Assembly: GCA_964385795.1 (NCBI GenBank)
Contig: CAYLPY010000002.1
Coordinates: 47,079-111,078 of the forward strand
Origin: an uncultured Muribaculaceae bacterium
GTDB taxonomy: Bacteria; Bacteroidota; Bacteroidia; Bacteroidales; UBA932
Length of the DNA stretch: 64,000 nucleotides
Direction of reading: 5' to 3'
In this document: positions 19,580 to 28,955 of the stretch, in pieces
How the letters are laid out: every line of letters starts with the position of its first letter
Position numbering within the stretch: position 1 is the stretch's first letter
Translations under genes and position numbers: made by a program
The notes under the pieces: model-generated
What the model was told of the DNA's origin: nothing
Database searches by the model: none
The model's input: only the letters and a program-made list of their open reading frames with translations

Positions 19580-20757
19580 ATCAATGCGTTTTTGAGTTCG
19601 TTCTTCACCGCCACAATCATTCCCTCTACCTGACCGAGAGCGAGCATTCTGCCGTGGAACGTGTATCCAGGATTGTATCCTTCCTTCTCATCCCCGAGCA
19701 TGTTACGGCCGTGGTCAACTCGCATAGGAAGCGCCGGATTCTGCTTCTCGAAGATTCGGATGAGTTCCACGAGATCTACCCTTCCGTTAGTGTGCGGAGC
19801 TTCGATGAAATCGCCTCCCGGAAGGAGAGAGCAGGTACGGATATGTACAAAACGGGTTCTTCCAGCAAACTCACGGGCCATCGCGAGGACATCGTTGTGG
19901 GCACCTGCAGAAAGAGAACCTGCGCAGAATGTCAGCCCGTTGTGAGGGTCGTCAACTGCGGTGAGCATCTTGCGGATGCCATCGGCGCTGCCGATGATTC
20001 TCGGGAGTCCGAAGACCGGCATAGGCGGGTCATCCGGATGTATGCACATTTTAATGTCGTATTCGTTGCAGACAGGCATGATTGCCTTGAGGAAGTAGAC
20101 AAGATTGTTGAAGAGGTCTTCTTTGGTCACTCCGTCGAAGAGAGAGAGGAAACTGCGGAAATGCTCCACAGGAGACTTGTCTCCCTCTGAAATATTGCCG
20201 TTGACAAAGCCCTGAGTCTTGACGATGATGGCATCCACGAGCTTGATTCTGTCCTCTAAGGTAATGGTCTTGCGCAGTTCCTCTACCTTGGCGAGGATTT
20301 CCTCGGGATAGTCCTTCTCCGCGCCGGCTCGCTGGAGGACAACTATGTCGAAATACGCAAATTTCGCATAGTCGAAATAAAGAGCGTCAGTCCCGTCCGG
20401 AAGATGGTATGCGAGGTCTGTCCTGGCCCAGTCGATGACCGGCATGAAATTGTAGCAGATAGTCTTGACGCCGCACTTTCCAAGGTTGCGTAGACTCTCT
20501 ATATAATTGTCTATAAGAGCATCTCTGCGAGGTCCGGCATATTTTATCTCCTCGCAGACCGGAAGGCTTTCCACTACTGACCAACGCATTCCGTACGACT
20601 CGATATACTCTTTCAAAGAACGGATGTCTTCCTCTCTCCAAACTTCCCCGTTTGGGACTTCATGAAGTGCTGTGACGATTCCCTCAACTCCAATCTGACG
20701 AAGCATTCCGAGGGTAATCTTGTCTTTGCGGCCAAACCAGCGCCAAGTCTTTTCCAT
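19576..20757 (-). CDS. uxuA: Mannonate dehydratase
   Basis: MEKTWRWFG, WSVVESLPV, CYNFMPVIDWART, IHPDDPP, MRVDHG, PGYTFHGR. Confidence 0.97.
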   Translation of the reverse strand: MEKTWRWFGRKDKITLGMLRQIGVEGIVTALHEVPNGEVWREEDIRSLKEYIESYGMRWSVVESLPVCEEIKYAGPRRDALIDNYIESLRNLGKCGVKTICYNFMPVIDWARTDLAYHLPDGTDALYFDYAKFAYFDIVVLQRAGAEKDYPEEILAKVEELRKTITLEDRIKLVDAIIVKTQGFVNGNISEGDKSPVEHFRSFLSLFDGVTKEDLFNNLVYFLKAIMPVCNEYDIKMCIHPDDPPMPVFGLPRIIGSADGIRKMLTAVDDPHNGLTFCAGSLSAGAHNDVLAMAREFAGRTRFVHIRTCSLLPGGDFIEAPHTNGRVDLVELIRIFEKQNPALPMRVDHGRNMLGDEKEGYNPGYTFHGRMLALGQVEGMIVAVKNELKNALI

Positions 20758-20785
20758 TTTTATTTGATTTTTTGTTTTTCGCGCG

Positions 20786-20793
20786 CAAAGATA
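20786..20793 (-). promoter_or_regulatory. -7 promoter box (uxuAB)
   Basis: TATCTTTG on the minus strand. Confidence 0.65.
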
Positions 20794-20804
20794 ATTTGTT
20801 TCTT

Positions 20805-20830
20805 CTTATTTTTAGAAATTTAAAAATAAG
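20805..20830. promoter_or_regulatory. Inverted repeat, candidate operator upstream of the uxuA promoter
   Basis: CTTATTTTTA-N6-TAAAAATAAG, perfect 10-bp arms. Confidence 0.4.
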
Positions 20831-20841
20831 TTTTCACCAAG

Positions 20842-21438
20842 ATGACTCCTTCTTCGACAACCATAGAACGAACCTGCCCCAATTGCGGCAGAACGCACAA
20901 GATAGAATTCATACCCAGCGTAAACGTGGCCCTCTCCCCCGAACTCAAGGACAAGGTCAAGAGCGGCGAGCTTTTCATCTGGGAATGCCCTTTCTGCGGG
21001 CAGCGCAACCTACTCTCCGAGCCTTTCCTCTACCACGATCCTGACGAGAAGATCCTCATCCTGCTGAGCAGTTCCGCCGTCAGGGCGGATGGTCTCGCGG
21101 AAGGCTATACTGGAAGACTCGTGGGAAGCGTCGGGGAACTCGTGGAGAAGATCAGCATCTTCGATGCCGGACTGGACGACATCTGCATGGAGTTGTGCAA
21201 GATGATAACCTGTCAGGAACTCGGCAAGGATGTCATCCTCAAGTTCTTTGCGCAGAGCGGGGCAGATTCAGAACTGAGGTTCACCTACCCGGAAGACGGG
21301 CAGATGCAGGTGATAGAAGTAGGATTCAACGTCTATGAGGACTGCGCCGGCATCCTGCAGCGCAATCCTGAAATAAAGAAAGCCTCCCTGGGACTCACGA
21401 GAGTCGACCAGGAATGGCTTTCAAATTTCATCGGGTAG
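20842..21438 (+). CDS. CpXC-domain (Zn-ribbon) protein of unknown function
   Basis: CPNCG...SVNV...PELK...G.LF..ECPFCG...FLYHDP pattern. Confidence 0.8.
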   Translation: MTPSSTTIERTCPNCGRTHKIEFIPSVNVALSPELKDKVKSGELFIWECPFCGQRNLLSEPFLYHDPDEKILILLSSSAVRADGLAEGYTGRLVGSVGELVEKISIFDAGLDDICMELCKMITCQELGKDVILKFFAQSGADSELRFTYPEDGQMQVIEVGFNVYEDCAGILQRNPEIKKASLGLTRVDQEWLSNFIG

Positions 21439-21447
21439 GATGCCGGC

Positions 21448-22599
21448 CTACAGCTTTCTTGCACCGTCGCTGATACGCACGTCATAAACTTTTGGCTCGT
21501 GCCCGAACCTTGAGGCGAACTCTTCACGCGCCGTCTGCACGAAAGTGTCGTAGAGTTCATCTTTGACCAGATTGATTGTGCAGCCGCCAAAACCGCCGCC
21601 CATCACACGCGAACCGGTGACATCCTTCTTCCGTGCCAGACGATTGAGAAAGTCTAGCTCTTCGCAACTCACCTCATACAGGCGGCTTAGCCCGAAGTGT
21701 GTCTGATACATGAGTTCGCCCACGGTCTCGTAGTCTCCCCTTTCAAGCGCATCGGAGACGTCGAGCACCCGCTGGACTTCGCCTATCACGAACTCCGCCC
21801 GCAGGAAATCCTCCTCCGACACTATCCCACGCACCTCCTCGAGCCACACTCGCTTACATTCGGAGAGGCAATCTATCTCAGGATGGTTCTTCCTGATGGC
21901 AGCAACGACGTTCTCACATGAGGCGCGCCTTCTATTGTAGGCGCTGGATGCAAGCTGATGCTTCACGCAGGAGTCCAGCAGCACCAGACGATAACCCTCA
22001 GGATCAAAGGGGAAATACTTGTATTCTAATGTCTTGCAGTTGAGTCTTATGAGACTTCCGGACTTGCCGAAGCAGGACGCGAACTGGTCCATGATTCCAC
22101 AGTTCACGCCGCAGTAGTTATGCTCCGTGGACTGGCCGACAAGAGCCAGGGTAAACTTATCCATATCATTGTGGAACAAGTCGTTGATAGCGTAGGCAAA
22201 ACAGCTTTCCAGCGCGGCTGAAGACGACAGCCCTGCCCCTGGAGGCACATCTCCGGAGAAGACTGCATCGAAGCCCTCCACCCTTCCTCCACGCTTGATG
22301 GTCTCGCGGCACACCCCGAAGATGTATTTTGCCCAGGATAGCCTCGGACACTCCTCCTCCCTCAAGCCGAAAGAGCAGGACTGCCCGAAGTCGAGCGAGC
22401 AGACATTGACCTCGGAAGTCCCGTTGGGACGTATCTCAGCCATTATGCCCTTATCTATGGCTCCTGGGAAAACATATCCTCCATTGTAATCAGTGTGCTC
22501 CCCTATCAGGTTGACGCGCCCGGACGCAGCATAGAAGACACCTCCCTCGGAAGAGAAGATTCTGGTGAATTTATCGTGGATTCTGTTCTTCATTTCCAT
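21448..22599 (-). CDS. galK: Galactokinase
   Basis: GRVNLIGEHTDYNGG, GAGLSSSAA, CGIMDQF, GSRVMGGGFGGC. Confidence 0.97.
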   Translation of the reverse strand: MEMKNRIHDKFTRIFSSEGGVFYAASGRVNLIGEHTDYNGGYVFPGAIDKGIMAEIRPNGTSEVNVCSLDFGQSCSFGLREEECPRLSWAKYIFGVCRETIKRGGRVEGFDAVFSGDVPPGAGLSSSAALESCFAYAINDLFHNDMDKFTLALVGQSTEHNYCGVNCGIMDQFASCFGKSGSLIRLNCKTLEYKYFPFDPEGYRLVLLDSCVKHQLASSAYNRRRASCENVVAAIRKNHPEIDCLSECKRVWLEEVRGIVSEEDFLRAEFVIGEVQRVLDVSDALERGDYETVGELMYQTHFGLSRLYEVSCEELDFLNRLARKKDVTGSRVMGGGFGGCTINLVKDELYDTFVQTAREEFASRFGHEPKVYDVRISDGARKL

Positions 22600-22621
22600 G
22601 TTGATGTGGTTTTAAGGGTTA

Positions 22622-22629
22622 CAAATCTA
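22622..22629 (-). promoter_or_regulatory. -7 promoter box (galK)
   Basis: TAGATTTG on the minus strand. Confidence 0.6.
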
Positions 22630-22648
22630 TCAAAAAGGATGCACTCTT

Positions 22649-23530
22649 TCAATAGTTCTCTACAGGCTTGGAAGTAATGGTGAGAACTATCGGCAGATGG
22701 TCACTCACTCCCCCGTTGTAGCGCGGTCCGATGAATGTCCTACGCGGCTTCTCACCTCCGAAAGAGCGGTCCTCCTCAAGCAGTTCCTTTTCGTAGAAGA
22801 CCTGCTCCTCCACAGCAAGACCGCCTCCGAAGAGAAAAAAGCCGTCAATCTTATCCCAGTCCCCGTTGTACTTTATCGTTCCTGCGCACCCCTCACCCCA
22901 TAGGGAGTCGTTGAAGTCCCCGACAGCCACCACCGCCGGAGTCCCGGCATCTATCAGAGAATCCACGGCTGCAAGCATGGTAGCAAAAGCGAACTCGCGG
23001 CGGTCGGTCTTGCCGCCAATCTTCGAAGGATGGTGGTTGACGGCAAGAGCCCAGTCCCCGAAGTCCGCCACCAGAACATCGCGCGTAGGAAGCACCTGAC
23101 CTGCGGAATCCCGTACGTGGACGGGCCTGCTTGCCCGCAGAGTGAGGGTACTTTTGCGATAGAGCAGAGCGCAGTCTATCCCGCGATGGTCCGGAGAATC
23201 GTAGTGGACCGTCTCATAGTCGAGTTTGCGCAGGAGCGTCATCCCGATCAGACTGCGAAGCACAGAACGATTCTCCACCTCGGCGAGCGCAACTACGTCG
23301 GGAAGGGCCCCGAAAGTGTCGGCGAAGCGCAGCACCATCTTGCTTAAAGCATTGCACTTGCGGTAGAAGCGTCCTCTGGTAAGTCCTTCTGGACAGGAAG
23401 GAGAGCGGTAGTCGAAGAAATTCTCCACGTTCCAGAACATCACTCTCAAGGTGTCCGGACGGGCTGATGCAAGGCGCGGAAAGCATGTTGCCGACAATAG
23501 CAGAAGAAGTGTAATCATAGTTCGTTTCAT
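22649..23530 (-). CDS. Secreted endonuclease/exonuclease/phosphatase family protein
   Basis: Signal peptide; FWNVENFFD, LAEVEN, NHHPSK, GDFND, SDHLP. Confidence 0.88.
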   Translation of the reverse strand: MKRTMITLLLLLSATCFPRLASARPDTLRVMFWNVENFFDYRSPSCPEGLTRGRFYRKCNALSKMVLRFADTFGALPDVVALAEVENRSVLRSLIGMTLLRKLDYETVHYDSPDHRGIDCALLYRKSTLTLRASRPVHVRDSAGQVLPTRDVLVADFGDWALAVNHHPSKIGGKTDRREFAFATMLAAVDSLIDAGTPAVVAVGDFNDSLWGEGCAGTIKYNGDWDKIDGFFLFGGGLAVEEQVFYEKELLEEDRSFGGEKPRRTFIGPRYNGGVSDHLPIVLTITSKPVENY

Positions 23531-23554
23531 TCGGCTAATATGGGCTTTTTTGAG

Positions 23555-23562
23555 TAACTTTG
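23555..23562 (+). promoter_or_regulatory. -7 promoter box (ychF)
   Basis: TAACTTTG(CG). Confidence 0.7.
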
Positions 23563-23581
23563 CGCACCAAAATTGATTTTT

Positions 23582-24682
23582 ATGTCTCTTAAATGCGGCA
23601 TCGTGGGACTTCCTAACGTCGGAAAGTCCACTCTTTTCAACTGTGTGAGCTCAGGCAAGGCCCAGAGCGCGAATTTTCCTTTCTGCACCATAGAGCCGAA
23701 CCTCGGCTCGACCAACGTTCCGGACCGCAGACTTGACGTCCTGACGGAAATCTGCCACCCTCAAAGGACTATCCCGGCAACTGTGGACATAGTCGACATA
23801 GCAGGTCTGGTGAAGGGTGCAAGCCACGGAGAAGGTCTTGGAAACCAGTTTCTTGCAAACATACGCGAGTGCGACGCGATTCTGCACGTCCTCCGCTGCT
23901 TCGACAACGGCAACGTAGTCCATGTGGACGGCAGCGTCGACCCGGTGAGGGACAGGGAGGTCGTGGAGCTGGAACTCCAGATAAAGGACCTCGAGACCGT
24001 AGAGTCAAGGCTCACGAAGGCCGAAAAAGCCGGAAAAGCCGGAGACAAGGATGCGAAAAAACTCGCCGACCTTCTGCTCAGATACAAGTCTGCCCTCCTG
24101 CAGGGACGCTCATGCCGTAGCGTAGCCCTTGTCAACGAGGAGGAAGCCGCCATCGCAAGAGACCTTTTCCTGCTCACCAACAAGCCTGTTATGTATGTCT
24201 GCAATGTGGACGATGCATCGGCGCTGAACGGCAACGCCTACGTCGACGCAGTACGCGAGGCTGTTAAGGACGAAAATGCTGAAATCCTCGTGATTTCCGC
24301 CAAGACTGAATCCGAAATCGCTGAAATGGAAGACTACGAGGACCGGAAGATGTTCCTTGAGGAGATGGGTCTTGAAGAGTCGGGAGTCGTTAGACTCATC
24401 CAGAGCGCATACCGCCTTCTCGGTCTGCAGACTTTCTTCACTGCAGGAGCCGACGAATGCAGAGCATGGACCATAAAGATTGGAGACAAGGCGCCGAAGG
24501 CCGCCGGAGTCATCCACTCCGACTTCGAGAAAGGCTTCATACGGGCCGAAGTAATCAAGTACGATGATTTCGTCAAGTACAAGACCGAATCTGCCGTAAG
24601 AGCCGCCGGAAAGATGGGAATCGAGGGCAAGGACTACGTCGTCCAGGACGGAGACATAATGCACTTTCTCTTCAACGTATAG
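23582..24682 (+). CDS. ychF: Redox-regulated ATPase YchF
   Basis: GIVGLPNVGKST, NFPFCTIEPN, DIAGLVKGA, IHSDFEKGFIRAE; ATG 23582 follows a -7 box. Confidence 0.98.
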   Translation: MSLKCGIVGLPNVGKSTLFNCVSSGKAQSANFPFCTIEPNLGSTNVPDRRLDVLTEICHPQRTIPATVDIVDIAGLVKGASHGEGLGNQFLANIRECDAILHVLRCFDNGNVVHVDGSVDPVRDREVVELELQIKDLETVESRLTKAEKAGKAGDKDAKKLADLLLRYKSALLQGRSCRSVALVNEEEAAIARDLFLLTNKPVMYVCNVDDASALNGNAYVDAVREAVKDENAEILVISAKTESEIAEMEDYEDRKMFLEEMGLEESGVVRLIQSAYRLLGLQTFFTAGADECRAWTIKIGDKAPKAAGVIHSDFEKGFIRAEVIKYDDFVKYKTESAVRAAGKMGIEGKDYVVQDGDIMHFLFNV

Positions 24683-24777
24683 CCACTTTAGCAGACCGGG
24701 ATACAGCAGATTTCAACTGCGGAAGTTCCACTCCGCCGCCGATTCCAAGGCATCAGTTGCGGGCAGATGCAAAACCG

Positions 24778-24810
24778 AAAAAACCGGCCCTCGAGGGGGT
24801 CGGCTTTTTT
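24778..24810. terminator. Bidirectional intrinsic terminator (ychF / ppiD)
   Basis: A6-CCGGCCCTC...GGGGTCGG-C-T6. Confidence 0.75.
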
Positions 24811-24848
24811 CATTGTTCCTCCGTAATGGAGGGGTATGCTGTCCTGTC

Positions 24849-26930
24849 TTAGAAGAACCTTGCCCTGTTGTCCTTCACGTTGTCGTATTCAGACATCACG
24901 GAGAGGATAAGCTGGGACATGTACTGGGACTTCTGCGCAGCGAGATTCTTCGCATCGTCCTCAGTATAGTATGCTCCTGAAGTGCGGGAATTCACCTTGG
25001 TAACGTATACTCCAAGAGTTCCTGCCACAGGTCCGTAAATTTCTCCCTCCTTAGCCACGGCGGCAGCTCCGAGAAGAGCCTGGTCCACGGTGGTGGAAGC
25101 GAGAGAAAGACTCTCGTTGTGGGTAGGATCAACACCGAGCGCCTCGGCAACCTCCTCGATGGTGGAGAGTCCCTTGATCTTCTCTGCGGTGGAAGCGATG
25201 GTCTTCGCCTGAATCTTGTCGGAATAGAGCCTGCTCTGAATCATTGAAGAGACCTCGTTAAGCGGAGCATAGCCTTCCTTGTGGATATCCTTGACTGCGG
25301 CTACAAAGAAGTAGTTGTTGTTGACGGTAATAATGCCTGAAGCCTTACCCTTCTTGTTGTCGAACACCCACCTCGTCACCTCCTTGGCCTGGTCGATTGC
25401 GCCATAGGAAGAGGTAGCCTCGGTGACATTGATGTTGTGCGAGTATATCTTGGTGGAGTCTACCGCGCGGCGATAGCCATCGTATGAACCTGCTGTTAGG
25501 ACTGCAAACTTGTTTGCGTCGCTGTAGTACTTGTTGTAGGTCTCCTTGCTTGCAAGAGAGGTCTTCTCGAGGATGGCAACCTGCTTCTTGGCTATTGGTT
25601 TTGTCCTCTCTGAAACGAGTACCACATGAGTACCATACTGAGTGTTAACAACATAAGGCTTACCGACTGTTGCTTCGAGAGTAGACTCGAGACCAGGAAT
25701 CATGTATGTCTGGGTCATCCAGCCGATGCTTCCGAGCTGACCGTCAGCTGCTGATGAGTTGTCTGCAGAGTACTCAGCAACCAAGTTGGCGAAGTTTGAT
25801 TTACCCTTGGAAATTACGTTCACGAGGCTGTCTGCAAGATGTTTGGCATCGGTACCGGTGAGAAGGATGTGCTTCACGAACACTGAGTCAGGAACAGCCT
25901 TGCTTGCGACCTCGCGTGCAGCGTAGAAACTGTTGCCCGAACGGATGACACCTGTCACCTTGTTGCCTTTGAAAATCTCTGAGTTGAGCTGGCTGTTTAT
26001 GGTGTTGAGTTCTCCGTCCTTATACCAGTATGTAGAAAGCGGACGCTCCGAATTCTTGAGAAGGAAAGCCTTGAGGTTGTCGGTGGTCTTGAACTCCTCG
26101 TAAGCCTTCTCCATATCGGAAGAAGTCTGTGCGATGTCGGCATCTGAAGGAACCACCTCGAAGACGACATACTCGATGTCGCGACTGGCGTTCTGCTTGA
26201 AGAACTTCTTGTGTCCGTTGTAGAACTTCTTAATCTCGTCGTTTGAGACAGTGACGGTAGAATCCTGTACCACAGGATAGTAGAGCATGCAGTACTCGAC
26301 GTCTGCAGAAGTGTTGTTGGCAGCAATGTCATCCTTAAGTTGGAGCGCGTTCTCAAAGTTGGAAGCGTTGAAAAGCGAACCGTACTTGAGGTAGAACTGC
26401 TGGTTGTAGACGCTGTTCTGGATAAAGTTCCAGTAGATGCGGTACTGGTTGGTGTTGTCTGCGCCGACTGCTGAAACAAACTCCCTTACCCTGTCTGCAG
26501 AAAACTCGCCGTTCTCGTTGAGGAAGATAGGATTCTGCGCGAGCACGGCAGAAGGATTCTCTCCTGTAGTAAGGTCAAGCATCTCGTCGACACCGACGTT
26601 GAATCCTGCAGCGCGGGCATTCTTCACGAACATGTACTTGTCGAGAAGTTCCTGCCATGCAGCGTCACGAATCTGCTGCTGAACCTGGTCGTTATGGGCC
26701 GTACTGCCGGTGATGAGGTCATTGATGGTAGTGTACCTGTCGATATCCTCCTGATAATCAGTGTATGAAACCCTCTTTCCCGCAATCTGTCCGACATCAT
26801 TCTTTGAAGACATCGACACGAATGCAGACTCAAGCGTTCCAGGGTCGATTATGAACGACAGAAGGGCCAGCGCGATAAGGATTGAAATCGCGAGACCGAA
26901 TTTAACGCGTATTTTTTCAAGTACCGCCAT
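24849..26930 (-). CDS. ppiD: PpiD/SurA-N-domain periplasmic chaperone (peptidyl-prolyl isomerase)
   Basis: MAVLEKIRVKFG plus TM anchor; parvulin-like HIL...FANLVAEYS.D...GSIGW...TQYGTH. Confidence 0.85.
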   Translation of the reverse strand: MAVLEKIRVKFGLAISILIALALLSFIIDPGTLESAFVSMSSKNDVGQIAGKRVSYTDYQEDIDRYTTINDLITGSTAHNDQVQQQIRDAAWQELLDKYMFVKNARAAGFNVGVDEMLDLTTGENPSAVLAQNPIFLNENGEFSADRVREFVSAVGADNTNQYRIYWNFIQNSVYNQQFYLKYGSLFNASNFENALQLKDDIAANNTSADVEYCMLYYPVVQDSTVTVSNDEIKKFYNGHKKFFKQNASRDIEYVVFEVVPSDADIAQTSSDMEKAYEEFKTTDNLKAFLLKNSERPLSTYWYKDGELNTINSQLNSEIFKGNKVTGVIRSGNSFYAAREVASKAVPDSVFVKHILLTGTDAKHLADSLVNVISKGKSNFANLVAEYSADNSSAADGQLGSIGWMTQTYMIPGLESTLEATVGKPYVVNTQYGTHVVLVSERTKPIAKKQVAILEKTSLASKETYNKYYSDANKFAVLTAGSYDGYRRAVDSTKIYSHNINVTEATSSYGAIDQAKEVTRWVFDNKKGKASGIITVNNNYFFVAAVKDIHKEGYAPLNEVSSMIQSRLYSDKIQAKTIASTAEKIKGLSTIEEVAEALGVDPTHNESLSLASTTVDQALLGAAAVAKEGEIYGPVAGTLGVYVTKVNSRTSGAYYTEDDAKNLAAQKSQYMSQLILSVMSEYDNVKDNRARFF

Positions 26931-26974
26931 TGTATACGATAATTTTTAGTTTGCAAATAGGGTTGCGAAATTAG

Positions 26975-27604
26975 TTATTTTTTTTGAAAAGGACCAATAA
27001 AATTCACAGAATCAATAATAACTGCCGTCGTGTCTCGAACCGTCACAACAAAGCTATTGAAGGGATTGTTCAGTTTCGAATTCCTCATTCTGTCATCCGA
27101 ACGCATCCCATAGCCCTGTGCGAAAGACTCGCGAGTATATAACTTGACATAACAGTCGGTATATATCTCCTTATTGCTGCTATCCCAGAAGATGGTGTCG
27201 GTCTCCATCGTCTCATGCTTTATGACATTGTGCAATATGACGTTGCCGAAAGCTTTCCAAATCTCGTCGCCGTCCTTGGGGTCTGTATGTTCCGCCTCGT
27301 CGGCAATAATCACCGACTCCAAAAGTCCGTCGTCCGTGTAGCCGTAGACGGAAACCCCGTCCGGAAAATAGTCGCGTCTTCCGGCAGCATTGCTGTAATG
27401 CTCCATCACTCCGGCTTCAAGACGCATCTCCAAGATGCCGTTCTTGGACCTAATAGCGAAGACATCGTCAATCTTCTGCATTGGAGTCTTGTCTAAGTCA
27501 AGCTTCTCAGCCTCCCCGAGAGACGAACCGCAAGAAACGAAATTACTGGCAAGCACAAAAGCACCTGCCAGTAACCCTATAGTATGTAAAGGTCTTCCTT
27601 TCAA
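26975..27604 (-). CDS. lptC: LPS export periplasmic protein LptC (Bacteroidota type)
   Basis: Lipobox-like FVSC; YFPDGV, AFGNV, ETDTIFWD, IYTDCYV, GYGM.SD; position in the conserved coaX-OMP-TPR-lptC-ppiD operon. Confidence 0.8.
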   Translation of the reverse strand: MKGRPLHTIGLLAGAFVLASNFVSCGSSLGEAEKLDLDKTPMQKIDDVFAIRSKNGILEMRLEAGVMEHYSNAAGRRDYFPDGVSVYGYTDDGLLESVIIADEAEHTDPKDGDEIWKAFGNVILHNVIKHETMETDTIFWDSSNKEIYTDCYVKLYTRESFAQGYGMRSDDRMRNSKLNNPFNSFVVTVRDTTAVIIDSVNFIGPFQKK

Positions 27605-27608
27605 ATTT

Positions 27609-28934
27609 CTACTTCACTGTGCGCACAGTGGTGGTAGCCCTCATACCTCCGCAGACTACGGTGTATGACTGTCCATTGGTAATGTCATACATGAAGGCTT
27701 CGGCCGCCTGAGGGAAGTATGCACTGTACTGTTTGATGTATTCCCGTGCTGACTCCTCAAGTGTAGGATCTGCCGCGATGGCCTTGTTCATATAGTCGCA
27801 GGCAACCCAGAACGGAGCACGGCTGGCGATTTCGTCTCCGCCGCAGCGGGTCGTCCCCCAGATTGTTCCGATGAGGAAGTAAGCCTTTCCGGCGAGTTTC
27901 TCGGAGTGTGAAGCCACTGAAGAAGCGTACTCCACAGCCTTTGGCATGAGACTGTGCTTGAAGCAGAATGTCGCAAGCTCGTAAGTCCACTCGATATCGG
28001 TCTCGGCGTTTGAATCCTCGCTTGCGATAGCCTCCTCCATGTAGTTGATAGCCTCGTCTACATTTCCTCTTGCAGAGTGAAGTTTGAAGAGGTAGTATGC
28101 TGAAGTAGCGGAAGGAGAGAGCCTGTTCATTGCGGTGACAGACTTAAGGAAGAGGTCATTATCGTTGCAATCCTCGGCAAGACTCATGGTTTTAACGATG
28201 CTGGTCACAAGATCAAGATTCTCAGGATCAGCCTCATAGCGAGGAGCGAAGAGGTTGATGAGGTGGTCGCAGCTGGCAACCTTACTTCCTGCGAAGAGGC
28301 TACCCATGTCGGCCTTGAGGTTGTTGTTCTGCTCGCCTTCTATCTCATTACGGACAGGAGCCCTGTCGATGAGATCGTTGTTTCTCTGGTATACGTTGAT
28401 TACCTTCTCTGCATCAAGAGCACCTTTCTGGTAGAGATCGATGGCAGCCTGGAGATTGAAGAGAAGGATGTTTACCTTGGTCTGCTCCTTATTGTTTTCG
28501 ATGATTCCCTCATATCCGTTGAAAAGTTTCTCGGAGTCACCCTTGATATAGTTCGCCATGTCGAGACCCTTGTTGTTGAGTGCTGTCACGGCATACTTCG
28601 GATAGTACTGGGCGCGGGTGTCGTGGAGAGTGAGGAGGGTATCGATGAGCGCATTCTTGTACTCCGGACTGGCAGCGTTCTTCTGGATGAGCCTGCGGAT
28701 GAGAGTAGTTCCATCGATGAGCATGTTCTGGCTCGCCGTAGCTGGGCAGAGGCTGTATGCCTTTCTCCAGTTAGGAATCGCTTCATCATAAGCCTTCTGC
28801 TTGAAGTACTCCTTATAGTATGACATATAAGTGATACATTGAGCACTGTCGGCTCCCCATTTTCCCTGGGCAAAAACATCTGTGCCGCACAGAAGCGCGG
28901 TCAAGGACAGGATTGCAAGTGATATTCTTTTCAT
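27609..28934 (-). CDS. Secreted TPR-repeat protein
   Basis: Signal peptide; helical repeats (YDEAIPNWRKAY, AYYLFKL, KAYFLIG, ACDYMNKA); ends YFP..E.FM...G..YTV.CG. Confidence 0.75.
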   Translation of the reverse strand: MKRISLAILSLTALLCGTDVFAQGKWGADSAQCITYMSYYKEYFKQKAYDEAIPNWRKAYSLCPATASQNMLIDGTTLIRRLIQKNAASPEYKNALIDTLLTLHDTRAQYYPKYAVTALNNKGLDMANYIKGDSEKLFNGYEGIIENNKEQTKVNILLFNLQAAIDLYQKGALDAEKVINVYQRNNDLIDRAPVRNEIEGEQNNNLKADMGSLFAGSKVASCDHLINLFAPRYEADPENLDLVTSIVKTMSLAEDCNDNDLFLKSVTAMNRLSPSATSAYYLFKLHSARGNVDEAINYMEEAIASEDSNAETDIEWTYELATFCFKHSLMPKAVEYASSVASHSEKLAGKAYFLIGTIWGTTRCGGDEIASRAPFWVACDYMNKAIAADPTLEESAREYIKQYSAYFPQAAEAFMYDITNGQSYTVVCGGMRATTTVRTVK

Positions 28935-28955
28935 TATTGGTGATTTGTTATTGTT

